64,000 nt of DNA from Lama glama (taxonomy: Eukaryota): NCBI GenBank assembly GCA_028534125.1, contig CM052816.1, positions 23,500,001 through 23,564,000 on the forward strand, in the 5' to 3' direction. Shown here piece after piece: positions 1 to 12,799 of the stretch (positions are counted from its first letter, which is position 1; each line of letters starts with the position of its first letter). The notes beneath the pieces were generated by a model. That model worked only from the letters and a program-made list of their open reading frames with translations. It did not search any database and had not been told where the DNA came from. The translations under genes and the position numbers were made by a program.

Positions 1-329
1 GAATTTTATCGGATTTTATTCTTTCTGTTTCTTGGTCAATTCTTAATCTGTTGCTTTTCAATTAAAATTATTGCTAGACTTAATTTTTAAGCTTTTTAAA
101 AAAATTAGACAGGCGCAGAACTTCTGTTTCAATAGTTATAAAATGCATAAATACAAGCATATAAACTAGGAGTGAATGGTATATGTATAAAATTAAGAAA
201 ATCTGAAAACAAAATTTACTAACACTGAGAGTGGATGGTACACAACTGGGAGCACCTAAAAAAAAAAAAATCTGCTCTCTGTGCCAGAGACTTCCAGCTT
301 TAAAGTCATTTTATTCCCTGAAAAAATAC

Positions 330-501
330 TTTTAATAAGAGTAGACTTTCAGATGGACTAGGTTCCCATACATCCAAAATAAAGATTTGCATATTTGTGA
401 ATACACTAGGGCTTAAGTAAAATGACTTATAAAAAATGCCACATATCTTCTGCCGGTTGAAGGTTAGTGCTTTTAACATACATCTTATCACCACTGTTCC
501 T
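330..501 (-). pseudogene. Exon, module F start (GTVVIRCMLKALTFNRQKICGIFYKSFYLSPSVFTNMQIFILDVWEPSPSESLLLLK); open frame
   Basis: Acceptor atttttttcccag, donor AAA|gtattt; phase 2-0. Confidence 0.7.
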
Positions 502-574
502 CTGGGAAAAAAATGTTTTAATTTTGCAAAAATATCCACATTTAAACATTTACAAGACAAGGAGCAGGCTGTAC

Positions 575-912
575 CCTATATCTGATAAACAACTTCAATG
601 AGGTTTTAAGTTACTACCCAATTTTCAGCTACCCATTCAGATCACGTTTCCATTACTTTCTGTTACTGTTGAAATTGATGAACGATTCTATGCAAAGGAA
701 GTCTTTCTGAAGAACTCTGAGGGTTTCAAGTCTCTCTTCTCTTTATCCATTTAGGGTAGTTTCTTCCGAAAGCTAATGAAGCGAATACATTTAGGAGAAA
801 GGACTAAATTCCTGAAGCTTAAAACTTTCATTTGAGAATTCAGAATCTAGTTCTCTTTCTAAAAAATTGCAGATAGAGAATCAGAGCTTCTCAGTTGAAT
901 TATAGGACACTT
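575..912 (-). pseudogene. Exon (EVSYNSTEKL*FSICNFLERELDSEFSNESFKLQEFSPFS*MYSLH*LSEETTLNG*REERLETLRVLQKDF...)
   Basis: Acceptor ttttgttgtgtag, donor AGG|gtacag; multiple stops. Confidence 0.65.
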
Positions 913-1269
913 CTACACAACAAAACAAAGACTGGGTGTAATGAAAGTATAATATTCTCATACCTACCATAATGCCTTTTAAGAAGGAAAATTCCAGTGA
1001 TAAAAATAAAACTCCAGGACCCAAGAATTCAGAGAGCTCAGAGTACCTATTATATACAGGTGTAGAGGAGTCCTATCAAAAAAATTATATTTACTTGCAT
1101 CATTTTAATTTGCCTACACAGCAATCATCTCTGTTTTTCTGTATACATGGATACCATCATGGCATTATGAAAATGTTAGATTATGCATTTACTTTGTCTT
1201 AAAGTTTTTTAAAAAAAAAAGTAACAAAAAAGATTTTAGAATTTAATCCTAAGAGTTGTATGCAAATAC

Positions 1270-1460
1270 CTTTTTTTGAATTTGAAAAATAATATTGATG
1301 CATGAAAATAATTTCAACACGTGGGAACGTTTTCAAATTAAAAACAATCCCCATTTGCTCTTCTTCAATGTCCAGCATAATTCTCCACTATACACTTCTA
1401 CTAAGAATGACTAGATATGTTTTCAGAGATTTTAGTTTGTATACAAATAAATGCCTTTAC
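1270..1460 (-). pseudogene. Exon (GKGIYL..[frameshift]..KLKSLKTYLVILSRSV*WRIMLDIEEEQMGIVFNLKTFPRVEIIFMHQYYFSNSKK)
   Basis: Acceptor ttttgatgcag, donor AAG|gtattt. Confidence 0.7.
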
Positions 1461-1604
1461 CTGCATCAAAATAGCTTTCATAAGGTTTCAGTAACAATTC
1501 ATTTCAATTCTCAGTGACATTTAATGTTGAAATTTATTTATTTGAAATATCTTCATCTTTCCTTATATAGAATTAGTCATTCTTTTTTTTTTTTTTTTTT
1601 TTTG

Positions 1605-1947
1605 GCCTGAAACATTACCCCACTTCTTCACTATCTTCATCTACACAAATCTTGTTCATCCTTCCATTCTCAGGTAGACTATCACGCTCTCAAGGAAACT
1701 TGCTGCAGACTCAGATGAGGTCAGTTCATTCCCAGAACTATTATTCTTTCCTTCACAGCACCAATCAGCACAATCATTTTACATTTACTAATAAAGTACT
1801 TTGATTAAAGATCCTTCATCAATGCAGCGTGCTCTCCAAGAGGACAGTGAGCACATATGTGTTGAGCTCAGCTTATTCTCAACAAGTTGCAGAATTTCTG
1901 GAATACAGCAAGCACTTAATAAGTGTCCATTAAATGAATGAATGAAA
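1605..1947 (+). mobile_element. L2 (LINE2) 3' end
   Basis: Ends ...gcacttaataagtgtccattaaatgaatgaatgaa, the typical L2 tail. Confidence 0.7.
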
Positions 1948-2084
1948 AATAAGTAGAAATTCTCTCATCAATAGTCAGAGGACATGAACAATAGTATTCA
2001 GAACCTCATACTTTTCTCTTCAATATATATCTTAGAGGAATCTTTGAATTCTCTTCCAACTTATTTTGGGCCTGTTATCTTTAC

Positions 2085-2293
2085 CTAAGGGCTTCACTTT
2101 GAGAGCTGGGTGTAGCTGGTTTGTGCTTAATCTACTGCTTGAGGATAGACATGGTATTAAAATCACTTTGGGCTGTGACAGGTGAAAACTTAAAGGGACT
2201 CCTTCTAAGCAAATTTCTGACAGTTTGGGTTGGGCTTCAATAAAGAATGGTTTTTGTAAATGACTGAAACACAATCTATGAAAATGCTTGGAC
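2085..2293 (-). pseudogene. Exon (SKHFHRLCFSHLQKPFFIEAQPKLSEICLEGVPLSFHLSQPKVILIPCLSSSSRLSTNQLHPALKVKPL); open frame
   Basis: Acceptor tttattatcatcacag, donor TAG|gtaaag; phase 2-1. Confidence 0.75.
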
Positions 2294-3204
2294 CTGTGAT
2301 GATAATAAAAAAGAAATCTCAAGTCTGTATTCAAAGAAACTACTAACCGACTCTCTTCTTTGAAATGTGGCAATTAAAGAGAAATAATTAAAAATGCATT
2401 CCTCATTTAAATAGCAACTATAGTCTGGGGTACTAAATAGCCCCATTTAAAAAGGAAGGCTAGGGAATTCTGTAAAAGAATTAGGAATGACTGATTTTCG
2501 CAAATCTTGATGATAATAAAAATCTGGCAACGATTATCAAGCAGGGTGGAAACCATAAGATTAATGGACAAAGGGAAACTGGACATCTGTCCCTATGATG
2601 CCAAAGTCATAAACCAGAGATTACTTTTTGCTTACATGGGGAAACATCCAACTGTACAATGGTGCTTACTTAAAAGCCACAAGAAACAAATTAAATCTAT
2701 GCTATTGCTTTTCTGTTGTTTTGGACATTTGGGGACAACTGGGAAAGTCTGAATAAGAAATGATAATATAACATCTATACTGTCTTAGAAAGAAGATTTC
2801 TTATAAATAAGGAACTATTACTTTCAATGAAATAATATTTTGGCTATGTAGAAAATACTCTTATTTTTAAGATGTTTACCAAAGTTAAAAAATAAAGGCA
2901 AAATAAAGGTATTTTCTGAACACACAAACTGAGAAGTTGTTACTAGTAGATCATTATATCAAACAGACAAACAAACAAAACGACCCAAAAGGACAGGAGT
3001 GAGATGCAAGGAGTGAAGGAGAGAGATAATAGAAAACTATAAAGAAGCTTTGACATCAAATAATAAGAGTAATATCTATAGTACTTCACAAAGGGAAAAA
3101 TCACATAGACTTAAACAGAATGATAACAAGTGGTTGCGAAGATCAATTATAAAGAGGAATGAAGAGTTCTGTGGGTCTAAGGCCTTGCTCCCCACAGTGT
3201 GTCT

Positions 3205-3342
3205 CTCGGAGCACATCACACTCACCTGGGCGCTGATAAGCATGTGGACTCTCAGGCCCACCTGAGACCTACTCAGTCAGAAACTGCATTTTGACAAGGC
3301 CCTGGGATACCTCACATGGACCTGAAACTCAAGAATCCTTGA
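3205..3342. mobile_element. MER5-like hAT DNA transposon fragment
   Basis: aggcccacctgagacctactcagtcagaaactgcattttgacaagg matches the MER5A-type motif. Confidence 0.6.
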
Positions 3343-3962
3343 ATTCTGGAAGTGGGTAGAGATATTGCTAGCTGTAGATTCCAAAATAAAGTATGCTTGT
3401 AGAAATTATTAATGTAACCAAGCCAGTTGAAGAATTGAAATATATTTTTATAACTTCCAAGCTAAGAAAAATGAGAATAATTTAAAAAGATAAGAAATGA
3501 GAGAAAAATGGAGATGAAGCAACATAACTAGAAAGCAAAACACCTGGTAGACAACATACATCCCGATATAAGAGCAGAGACCATAGCTGAAGGCCATGCA
3601 CTCTTTCTCACTCCTCCTAGTCTGGGATGACACCGATGGTTCACATTCAAATGGTGGGTGCGAGAGAGCCCTTCTCAGAATTAGGTCCAGTCACTTTCTC
3701 CTATTTTGACCCGTTGATCTGAGAAGGGCAGAAAACCAGGAGTAAATGCTGTGTGTCATTTTTGAATTCTGTCTATTTCTGTTGGCCAGTATGGTTTGAG
3801 GTTGAATCCCGTCTTCCAACTTATAACTGCTTTGTTTGGCTTAGCCTTCTGGTATTTACTTACATTTTGGATAATGCATATTCTCCTCATTTTTGGAGGT
3901 GGTAGAGATTGAAGAATTTCACTTTACTTAAGAATTTAAAGAATGCTTTTAGAGAACCCTCA

Positions 3963-4520
3963 TGTATCAGTTATCTATTGCTGTGCAACAAGTTACCCCA
4001 AGATTTGGGAGCTTAAGACAGCAAACATTAATCTCACAGTATCTGGGGGTCAGGGAGCAGGCTGCAGCTTAGCTGAGTGGTTCTGGTGCCCGGCCGTCAT
4101 CGGGCTGCTCTCATGATGCTGCCCAGGGCAGTAGTCACACAAGTCGTCTCAAGTCCCGCACGGGGTTAAAGGACCTACTTCCTGCTTATCCTCTGCTTGT
4201 TGCTAGGCCTGTGCTGCTCATTGGTTGTTGGACTGAGGCCCTTAGTTCCTTGTCGCATGGGTCTCCTTACAGGGCTGCTAACAGATTGCTAGGGCTGTTA
4301 TGACAAATGGCTTCCCCCGTGGGGACTGATCAGAGAGACAAGGAGGCACCATCTCCTTAATGTGAACATGGAAGCAACAGATTTCTGGCACGTTGTTTTT
4401 GTCAGAGGAGAGTTATTAAGTCTAACACATACTCACAAGTAGAAGAATTAAGCACTACCTCTTGAATAGAATAAAGGAGTAGTAAGCCATTTGTGGGCAG
4501 AGTTTTAAGGACTATGTTAC
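3963..4520 (-). mobile_element. MaLR (MLT1-type) solo LTR
   Basis: Starts tgtatcagttatctattgctgtgcaacaagttacccc...gcttaagacagcaaacatt...tctcacagt, the reverse MLT1 terminus. Confidence 0.7.
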
Positions 4521-5619
4521 AGGATGAGGACTTGATATTCTGGGTTTTTTTTCCTGAGAATAAAAATGAGGATGCAGCCATTACTGTGTAGGAATTATAA
4601 GTCTAAAAGTGGCAGATAACACCATTTTTAGTCACATATTTCTTCAATAATTTTATTAATGCAAAAGAGATTCATGCTCATTATATTACAAAGTGCAAGA
4701 AAATAGGAATGAGAGAATGATGTAAGCTGTTATTTTGACAACTGCAAATAACCCCTTGCTATATTTTGACCATCACAGTACCTTTTCTTCCCCAAACTCT
4801 TGTATTACGTATTTTATATGCATGTATGTATGTTGGCAAGCCTCCCTCTCCTAGCCTATACCTGTTTCTCCCCAAAGGCTTATGATTTTGTGTATTCTCA
4901 CATCCAGAGCTTTCTTAGTCCCGGAAACAGAACGATGGCTTCTACTTAAACATAAACCCGAAAGGCACACAGTTTGGCTTGTTTGTTTAGAAACCTGATT
5001 AATTTCCAATGGCATTACTTTCCCTGTTAAAGCTGAGTAAATATGAACTGATTTGTGATTTTGGCTGGCTTCTTTTTTTAAAAGGTGGGTTAACAATGGG
5101 CATATTTTCTTTTTTTTTTTTCATTCCAATTTGGGTTCAATTAAAATAGACCTGTCAGAAAAGAAAGCTAGAGAAAACAGCCGAAGATAATGCCTTATCA
5201 CCATCCATCATAATGAAGCTTACGGCAGTGCTAATCCTCCGCAGCACTTGGGACCCGGCAACCATGGGGGCCTCTCACTCATACTTTGCCCATTGTTCTC
5301 ACGTTTCCCAGCATCTTTCTAAAGAGAAGAATATTTTTTAAAGATTCATTTTTTTCTTTGCCTTTACAGTGAATCCATTTCAATTTTGAAAGAAAATCAT
5401 TTTATAGCAACTGGGATAATCAAAACCTATGAATGCTTGACTGTGCGTCACAGTGAAAAAACATTGTCTAACTTCTTCCTTCTGCTCTCACGGATCCATT
5501 CGCTTACGTGTGCGTTAGCAGATCTGTACACAGAGTGGTATGCCTCTTTTGTTACCGTTGTTTGTTACGTTTTCTGATTATGTGAAAAGAAAGAAAGATA
5601 AAGGCACCTATTTTATGAA

Positions 5620-6060
5620 GGGTAAGGAATGCGAGGAATTATATTGAGCTGCCTGTAGCAGAGACTTGAAATGTGACAGTGGCTTACACTTGATTTCAGG
5701 ATGTCTTTATCTCTCACGTAATATGACCTAGGATTCTGACTTCACAAACGTATCAGGGCCTGGGTTCCTGATATCTTTTTGCTCCACGATCCTTCCGTGG
5801 GTAGCTTCCATCCTCAAATTCATTATGTGCTCACGAGATGGTTATTGGGCTGCCATCATTATCACTGCATTCCAGAGGGGAAGGCAAAGGAAAAGAGAAG
5901 AGCAAAAGATCCTCTGCCATTTCCAGAGCTCTTAAAGAATTTTCCCCAAGCCCACTCCATAGGCTCCACTCACATATCACTGGCCACCTCCATAAGCAAG
6001 ACAGGCCAGAAAACATAATTTTTTTGGATGGGCACATTGCTGCTCCCAACCATAAAGAGA
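5620..6060 (-). mobile_element. Old MaLR LTR (MLT1J/K-like)
   Basis: cagtggcttacac...tttatctctcacgta...gggcacattgctgc motifs. Confidence 0.5.
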
Positions 6061-8214
6061 TTCTAAAAATAATTAAGAAGTAGAGAATAGATATTCAGTA
6101 GGCATGTAGGTCAGAGGTGGGAAAATCTGATTTTATACCAACTAGGCAAGAGTTAGAAAGGGTGAGAGTGCTAATGCTCTTTAAGTGCCATCATCCATAA
6201 TAGATTCTCCATGAACTCATGTAGAACTCTATCCATTCAAGTATTGATGTTAGTTCTAAATTATACTACGTATATTATATTACATTAATATTATATTAGT
6301 TAATACATATTAATATTATATGTTAACATATAATAGCGAACATATAGACATTTCATCTGTTATATGTAAGGGTGAAGTCTCAGGATTGTTTCATTTTAAT
6401 CTGATAATAGTATGTGGGTTCATTAATATGTGAAGAAGCCCTAGCTGCTTAAAGTGAAGTGGGCTATGTAGCTGCTGACCAGTCACTCCTTTCTACCCTG
6501 GCACTCTTCCAGACCTTTTTGCAGATCTGCACATCTGGTTTCTGGGAAAGAGTAATCAGGAGAGGGTACTTACTGAAAAGGAAGTGAAATCACAATGCCA
6601 TTTTGCATTTACACAAGATTTTAAACTCAAACCAAATAGAAATTCTCATGTATATTTTAAAAGGAACACAGAGCACTTCTGTGAGATGCACAGATACTCT
6701 CACGTATTCTTACCTCCAGCACTGACAAGGGAAACAATTCGCTCCTGAGTGATCAAATAACTTGCTTAGCACCCTCAAAAACACTTAAGGTCTAGATGCC
6801 TCTTCAATATAGATAATCTGCCAACTCCACGAGCCTCAATCGTTCTGTCTCAGAAAAGGCAACTCCAGACAAACGCCTGAATCATGACCACTGAGGAAAC
6901 ACAGCCACACCATAAAAGCTAAGGCTTGACCATTAAGGGAACGCTGACCCCTGCGCTGGCGGCCCTGAGCTGTAGGAGAGGCGGGCTGGACCGACTCGAG
7001 CCCCACGGCCCTAGCCTCTGCCGTCATCTGGAGCACACGACGTGGCGCGCCCAGGTCTGGGGTGCTAGTGGCACAGGGGCTAACGGACGGGAAATAACCA
7101 GGACAGTACTGCGATCTGGATTACATTTTCATTGTGTAAAATGGAAGTCTCTGGAAAGAGAGGCTCTTAGAGTCCAAATGTAATTTGTTAGAACATGTGA
7201 CTGGAATTTGACTAAACTGATTATAAATGACAACTGTCATTCTCCAGCGTGAGTGCAGGTGAGGGCAAACGGCAGCATTCTTCCACAGAGCTGCAAGGTG
7301 AACTTGTATAAGGCCATACCTGTTGTCAGACTGCTCTAAAAAAGACATCATAAACGACGTATTATTTGCTGGCCTCTCTTAAAAGGCTGAATACAAACTC
7401 CCCAACTCTGCTTTGGTCTCGAACTACAGAATCCAACTATCCGTGTCACACGGTTTTGTTGTCTAGATCACAAACAGGCCTAACATAATTAATCAAGAAA
7501 ATGACTCACTGGTGGCCGTGAATCAGTCATGGAGTGTCACTGTGAAAATGCACACAATGCTACGTACTCATGCACACACAGGAGGGTAGACTGCATCACC
7601 ACTTTGTTAGACTAAGTCTTATAATGAGTGCTTGACAAATACTATAAACAAGATTATATGATACATCACGTTTTCTGTGTGAGCTAAGCTTGGAAAGAGT
7701 AGAAAGAAAACTACCATAGTGATTCAAAGAGCTAAAAAAAGGCAGATAAATGATAGAAGACTGAAATGTTTATTTAGTTTTAAGAAGAAAAGTTCCAAGA
7801 GTACCTACTTGCATATCTTCAACTATAAAATTGTAGAGTTTGATCATATATTTTAATCTTCAGAGAAGGGAACAAAGTAGACGTAATATAACAAGACACA
7901 TTTAAAATATAAGTATGTGGACCATTCTTAATTATAAGAGGTACTAACAAGAACACTTGCCAAAAACAAATTGGAAAATTTCCCTCCTTAGCTCACCTTA
8001 CAATTAGGATACACATTCAGCACACTAGAGCTTGCTGGATGAATGATCAGGTTTGCATTGTGCTAATAGTGTAGGATGCCTGGGGTGTGGTGACTGACGA
8101 AGTAGTTGGCTGCCATATTGTGAATGACCATGGAACCCAAGCTGTGTGGTTTGAAAGTTATTCTGGAAGCAATGCAGAAAGGAGAAAATAATTTTAAACT
8201 ACAATTAAAAAAAA

Positions 8215-8480
8215 AAAGTAAGTCATGAGGATGTAATACACTGCATGGTGACTATAGTTAAGAACACTGTACTGCATATTTGAAAGTTGCTAAGAGAGTA
8301 CGTCTTAAAAGTCCTCAACACAAGAAAAAAAAGAGACCCATTTTTGTAACTGTCTATGGTGTTGGGTGTTAACTGGACTTATTGTGGTGATTATTTTGCA
8401 AGGTATACAGACGCCAAATCATTATGTTGTACACCTGGAGTTAATATCATGTTATACGTTCATTATACCTCAGTTAAAAA
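8215..8480 (+). mobile_element. L1 3' UTR fragment
   Basis: gtgactatagtt...atatttgaaagttgctaagagagta...tgtacacctg...tatacctcagttaaaaa. Confidence 0.8.
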
Positions 8481-8899
8481 TATATGTTTATAGGGGAAAA
8501 AAGAAAATAATTTTTAACTAAAGAAGGACATCATTAGTTTTATTGTAGGACAGTAACTTCAGCAGAAACGTAATCATCCTGTAAGATCTAGGTTTCATTA
8601 AGTTTATAGTATTTGCTGAGTGCTTAAACTCTGTAGGAGGCACTTTACCAGAGTTAAAAAGTCTATAATAATGTTGAGAAGAGATATAAATGAAAGCAGA
8701 ATGTTATTTTTGCTTCAAAATTCTTAGGGTCCTCATCATAAATGAAAAGGGTTAAACTAGATAGATATACATTAAAGATCTCTTCTAGCTTTAAATTCTC
8801 TGAATCTATGACTTTCAGGGATACACAAAGTTAGTATATCCAAGACTAGTCAGCTGAAATCTGCTGGTTTAAAATATGGAAATACTTATCGTTTTTTGG

Positions 8900-11800
8900 T
8901 TAAATATCACTGTCCCTTTGTCTTCCAAAAAACGTTTCTCTCCTCTGTAATACCATACCAAACAATTTAATCAGAAGAGATTTATTATGTAAGTATGAAT
9001 GCCAAATAAAGAGAGCCTCAGAAAGTTTCTTCCTTTAAATTTAAGAGGTCTTCCCTACTCCTAGTCCAGCCACAGTTAATTTGGACACAGACTAACTTTG
9101 CACTTAAAGAGACATAGCCTTACGATCTCTACAAAATACCAGACTCCTTATGGGCCCAAAATTCTACCTGTATTGACAAGATAATTGAAGCTAAACTCAC
9201 CAGGTTCATATTGACTCATCCAAACATTTCCCCAAACTTGTAGAACAGTATTTGAAACCAGAAGCAAAAGAAGGAATAAGACTTTCTTGAAGGACTTATA
9301 GGCAAAGGACTCACCCCTTGCAGGAGCCCTTCAAAGTATTATTTTTCCTTCAACTCCACCTGAAACATATTTTATAGCTATGGGTTGAGGTTCTGCTTTG
9401 TTTAAAATCCATTTACACTTAATGGTCAATGCTTGTTCACCTTTACTTGGGAGAATCGGCTAGTAAATGTGGACCAACATGCCACCACGATGTAATGAGA
9501 CTTCGTCTTTTCACAGGATCTGAAGGATCTCAGATTCACCAGTAATTCCATCCTAATCCAAAAATGTTGAGTATCTATTGCAAAACTGAAGCTAAAAAGT
9601 TCTAAAACTCACCTTCCACAAAGAGAACACGAAGGATCAAGAAAAAAATAATTTGTCAGCTGACTGTGAGACATGATATGCCTCAGGAGATAAATCTCTT
9701 AACTCTAATTGACCATAATTCATTGAAAGCTTCCCCAGGCAGGTAACTAAAAGACAATTCTGGAGAATTTTAGTTTTCACCAGCTTTTTCAGACACTAGG
9801 TTCCCACTTTCCCCGCAATCATATTCTCTCCTCATGTTCCCAACATGAGACTACATTTTGCAAAATAAAGTTAGCTCTCACAACTCCCTACCCTAGGTTT
9901 GCCTAACTCCATAAACCGTTCCCTCCGTGCATTCATAAACCATCTAATCAGGCTTATAATTAATTACAGTCTTTCTCTTGATCTATTAACAGAGTTTACC
10001 TCATCATTCCTCAAGGCTCAAGACGTGGCTGTAAAACCCAGGAAAGCTTCTGCTGACACAAATTTTGAGATCTTTCACAAATCTAATGATCCTCTGACTG
10101 AATACAGTTTGAAACTTACTGAAAAATACTTATTTCATTCCTAAGCTGGCTTACACTTCATGAATATTATTCTACTCTCCTTTATATATTACAATTCATC
10201 ACAGTAACACATAAACATCAATCTCTCTTCTTCTCTTATCAAAATAAAGAGAAACAAGTAACTGCTTACCATCTGGCTCCCAGTTGTCTGTGCCCCCTAT
10301 ACACTTAGACGAAACTCCTTAGCAAAATCTAGACTTGACTCTGTTTACTGAAGGATCACACTCATAAAGGCAAAAAATGAGAAATTATTACTCTGGCTAT
10401 TCCATTACAGATCTGACTTCATTATCAGAGTATAATCCCATAATGAGGGGTAAATCAGCTCCACTGACAAAATTGATTGCCTTCAGTAGAAGTTTCCAAC
10501 TAGCTAGAGAAAAAGAGTTCATTTATAAACACACTGTACATGTCTCTGGGTCTTCATAACACTGAGATGCTTCGAAAATAGGGATCCTCCCTAATCTTAG
10601 AAAGAACCGCAGAACAGTGGATAAACCAATGAACTTTTAGACACTAAAATGCTGCAAAGGAAGTTTCTATGATAAAATACTTAAAATAGTTATTAAAAAC
10701 TGGCTGATCTAAAGGCTAAGAGAACCCTCCCCCTGGCTCATTGTTATACTGTCCAGGCTCATCCTTGCAAAGAGACTTGTGACATCCCCTCCCCAAACCA
10801 AGTCTTCAGTGGAGTTCAGAGATACTGTTACACAATGCCACAATTCAGTCTCAACATAAGATTAAAACATACAGTAAATGACCTGGACATAAACTACCTT
10901 AAAAGAATACTCAGTGTTCTTAGGATGGTCATCTGGATGAGGCAGAGGAGGTCACGTGGAACCCCGCTAAGATCCTACATGAGATCTTTCCATCACAGCA
11001 GGAACAAACTGGCTACTATTCTAAAGCAACACTGGTAGGTAATGTCAAGGAAAACCATGGCATCTGACTTTTACTCTGTACCTTATCTGCCAACTGCACA
11101 ATTCTCGCAAAGCTGTCAAGGTGGGAACTGGACAGAAGTCAAAACTTCAGGACCCATGTAAACATCTTCAAAAGGACTCCATGTTAGTACCCACGGAAGG
11201 GGAGCACGAACGTGCCCTCACTGTTGTCTGCTTGTTTTCAGGATGGGTTGCGTTCTTTCCCTCTTGAAGATATACATCTCTAAGAGGAGCAAAAATGCTA
11301 CTCAGTTTCATGTTTCTCGATTAGGGAATCCTAATACACCTTTAGAATTACTGTCATTGATACCTTCTACCAAGCACCACCACTTAAATATTCCACTGGC
11401 TATGCCAGGGGTTGGCAAACAATGACCCATGGGGCAAATCCAGTCTGCTGTTTTTAAAATAAAGTTTGATCGGAACATCCATTCATTTCATATTGTCTAT
11501 TGCCACTTTAAACGCTAAGCAGCAGAGTTTACAGAGTAGTCACAAGAGAGACCACAGGGTCCACAAGCCTAAATTATTATCTGACTCCTGGTAAAAAATA
11601 TTTGCTGATCCCAGGCAAATATACCATTCTAGATCTGCAGGCAAATGGAATTAATTCTCATGTTAAACTGAGTCAAGTTTCCCAAACAGTTGAACTTCCC
11701 AGGCCCAATGGAATGTTCATAGCTATAGTTACAGAGGCATTCACTTAGTTGGTCGTTAATTAGCTCTCTGTAAGTTAGAAGCGGCCAACTCGTCAGTCTA

Positions 11801-12140
11801 ATAATACCACGTATGATCTCTGGCTCTGCTTTGTTACAAGAAAACATGGTCAAATATTAGTGCAGGGAACTCATACAATAAACACAGTCTTATTAAAAGA
11901 TAAGGGGAACTTTTACTCAACATCCAACTAGTCAACTAATCAACTCTTGCATAAGCCAAAACCTGGTGACTTGGTCTTTCGGAATAAACATCAAGATAAA
12001 AACAGCCTTTGAACCCTTTTGAAAGAACTTCATTAGCTACTCTGGACAACTAACACAGGGGTGAATCTTCAAGACGTTGATTTCATAGATTTATGAATCT
12101 GAATTAAAGAGACAAATACCATCTTTAGACCACTGGAAGG
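8900..12140 (+). mobile_element. Decayed ERV (ERV1-like) pol region (RT/RNase H/integrase remnants)
   Basis: Integrase-like ctgttgtctgcttgttttcaggatgggtt (VVCLFSGWV) near 11221, other pol-like remnants and the downstream aaacctggtgacttggtc; no open frame; boundaries approximate. Confidence 0.65.
11406..11614 (+). mobile_element. MER58-like hAT-Charlie MITE nested in the ERV
   Basis: caggggttggcaaac...aaataaagttt...aaaatatttgctgatcccag termini. Confidence 0.75.
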
Positions 12141-12799
12141 CCAAATAGAGAGCTCAGCCTCAGACAGAGGACTGGCACTGTCTTTTACATTTTGAAAAAA
12201 ATCACTTGTGCTACTGTCTGGAAAGGAACTTGAAGGGAGGAGAAAGTAGGAAAAAGAAACATATTAAATGGTTATTGCAACTGTCTGGATAAGAGACAAT
12301 TATGTTTTGGCTACAAAAGAGGAAGAGCTACCAACTTCATTTTATAAAAGTTCTGTAACATTGATATGAAAACTGAACAAAGACAGTGCAGGAAAAGAAA
12401 TAGATAGCTGAATGTTATTAATCATGTATAAGTTGGACATAAATTAGTACCAAATAGATTCCTGCAGATTATGAAAAATTTCCTCATGTCCAGGTCATAT
12501 TTATACAAGGTATATAAAAACACTGAATGCCATTTATCACCTAAAAAGATTAAAGGAAAAAATTTTATATGATCTTCTCAAAAGGTTTTCATACATTTGT
12601 TTATTTTCTGCTAAGACTTACATAGTAATTACAATAGGTCTTGAAAGTATCTAAATGCTTTTGAAATAGCTTTCAGCTGCAGCTCTTCTCTGCTGTCTGC
12701 GTTAACATGTGAATACATGCTGATAGGTAAAATTCAAAACACAGACTATGATGTAAACATTAAATGGTTGAAAGAGAGTTACAATTCCTGCCTTGTATA

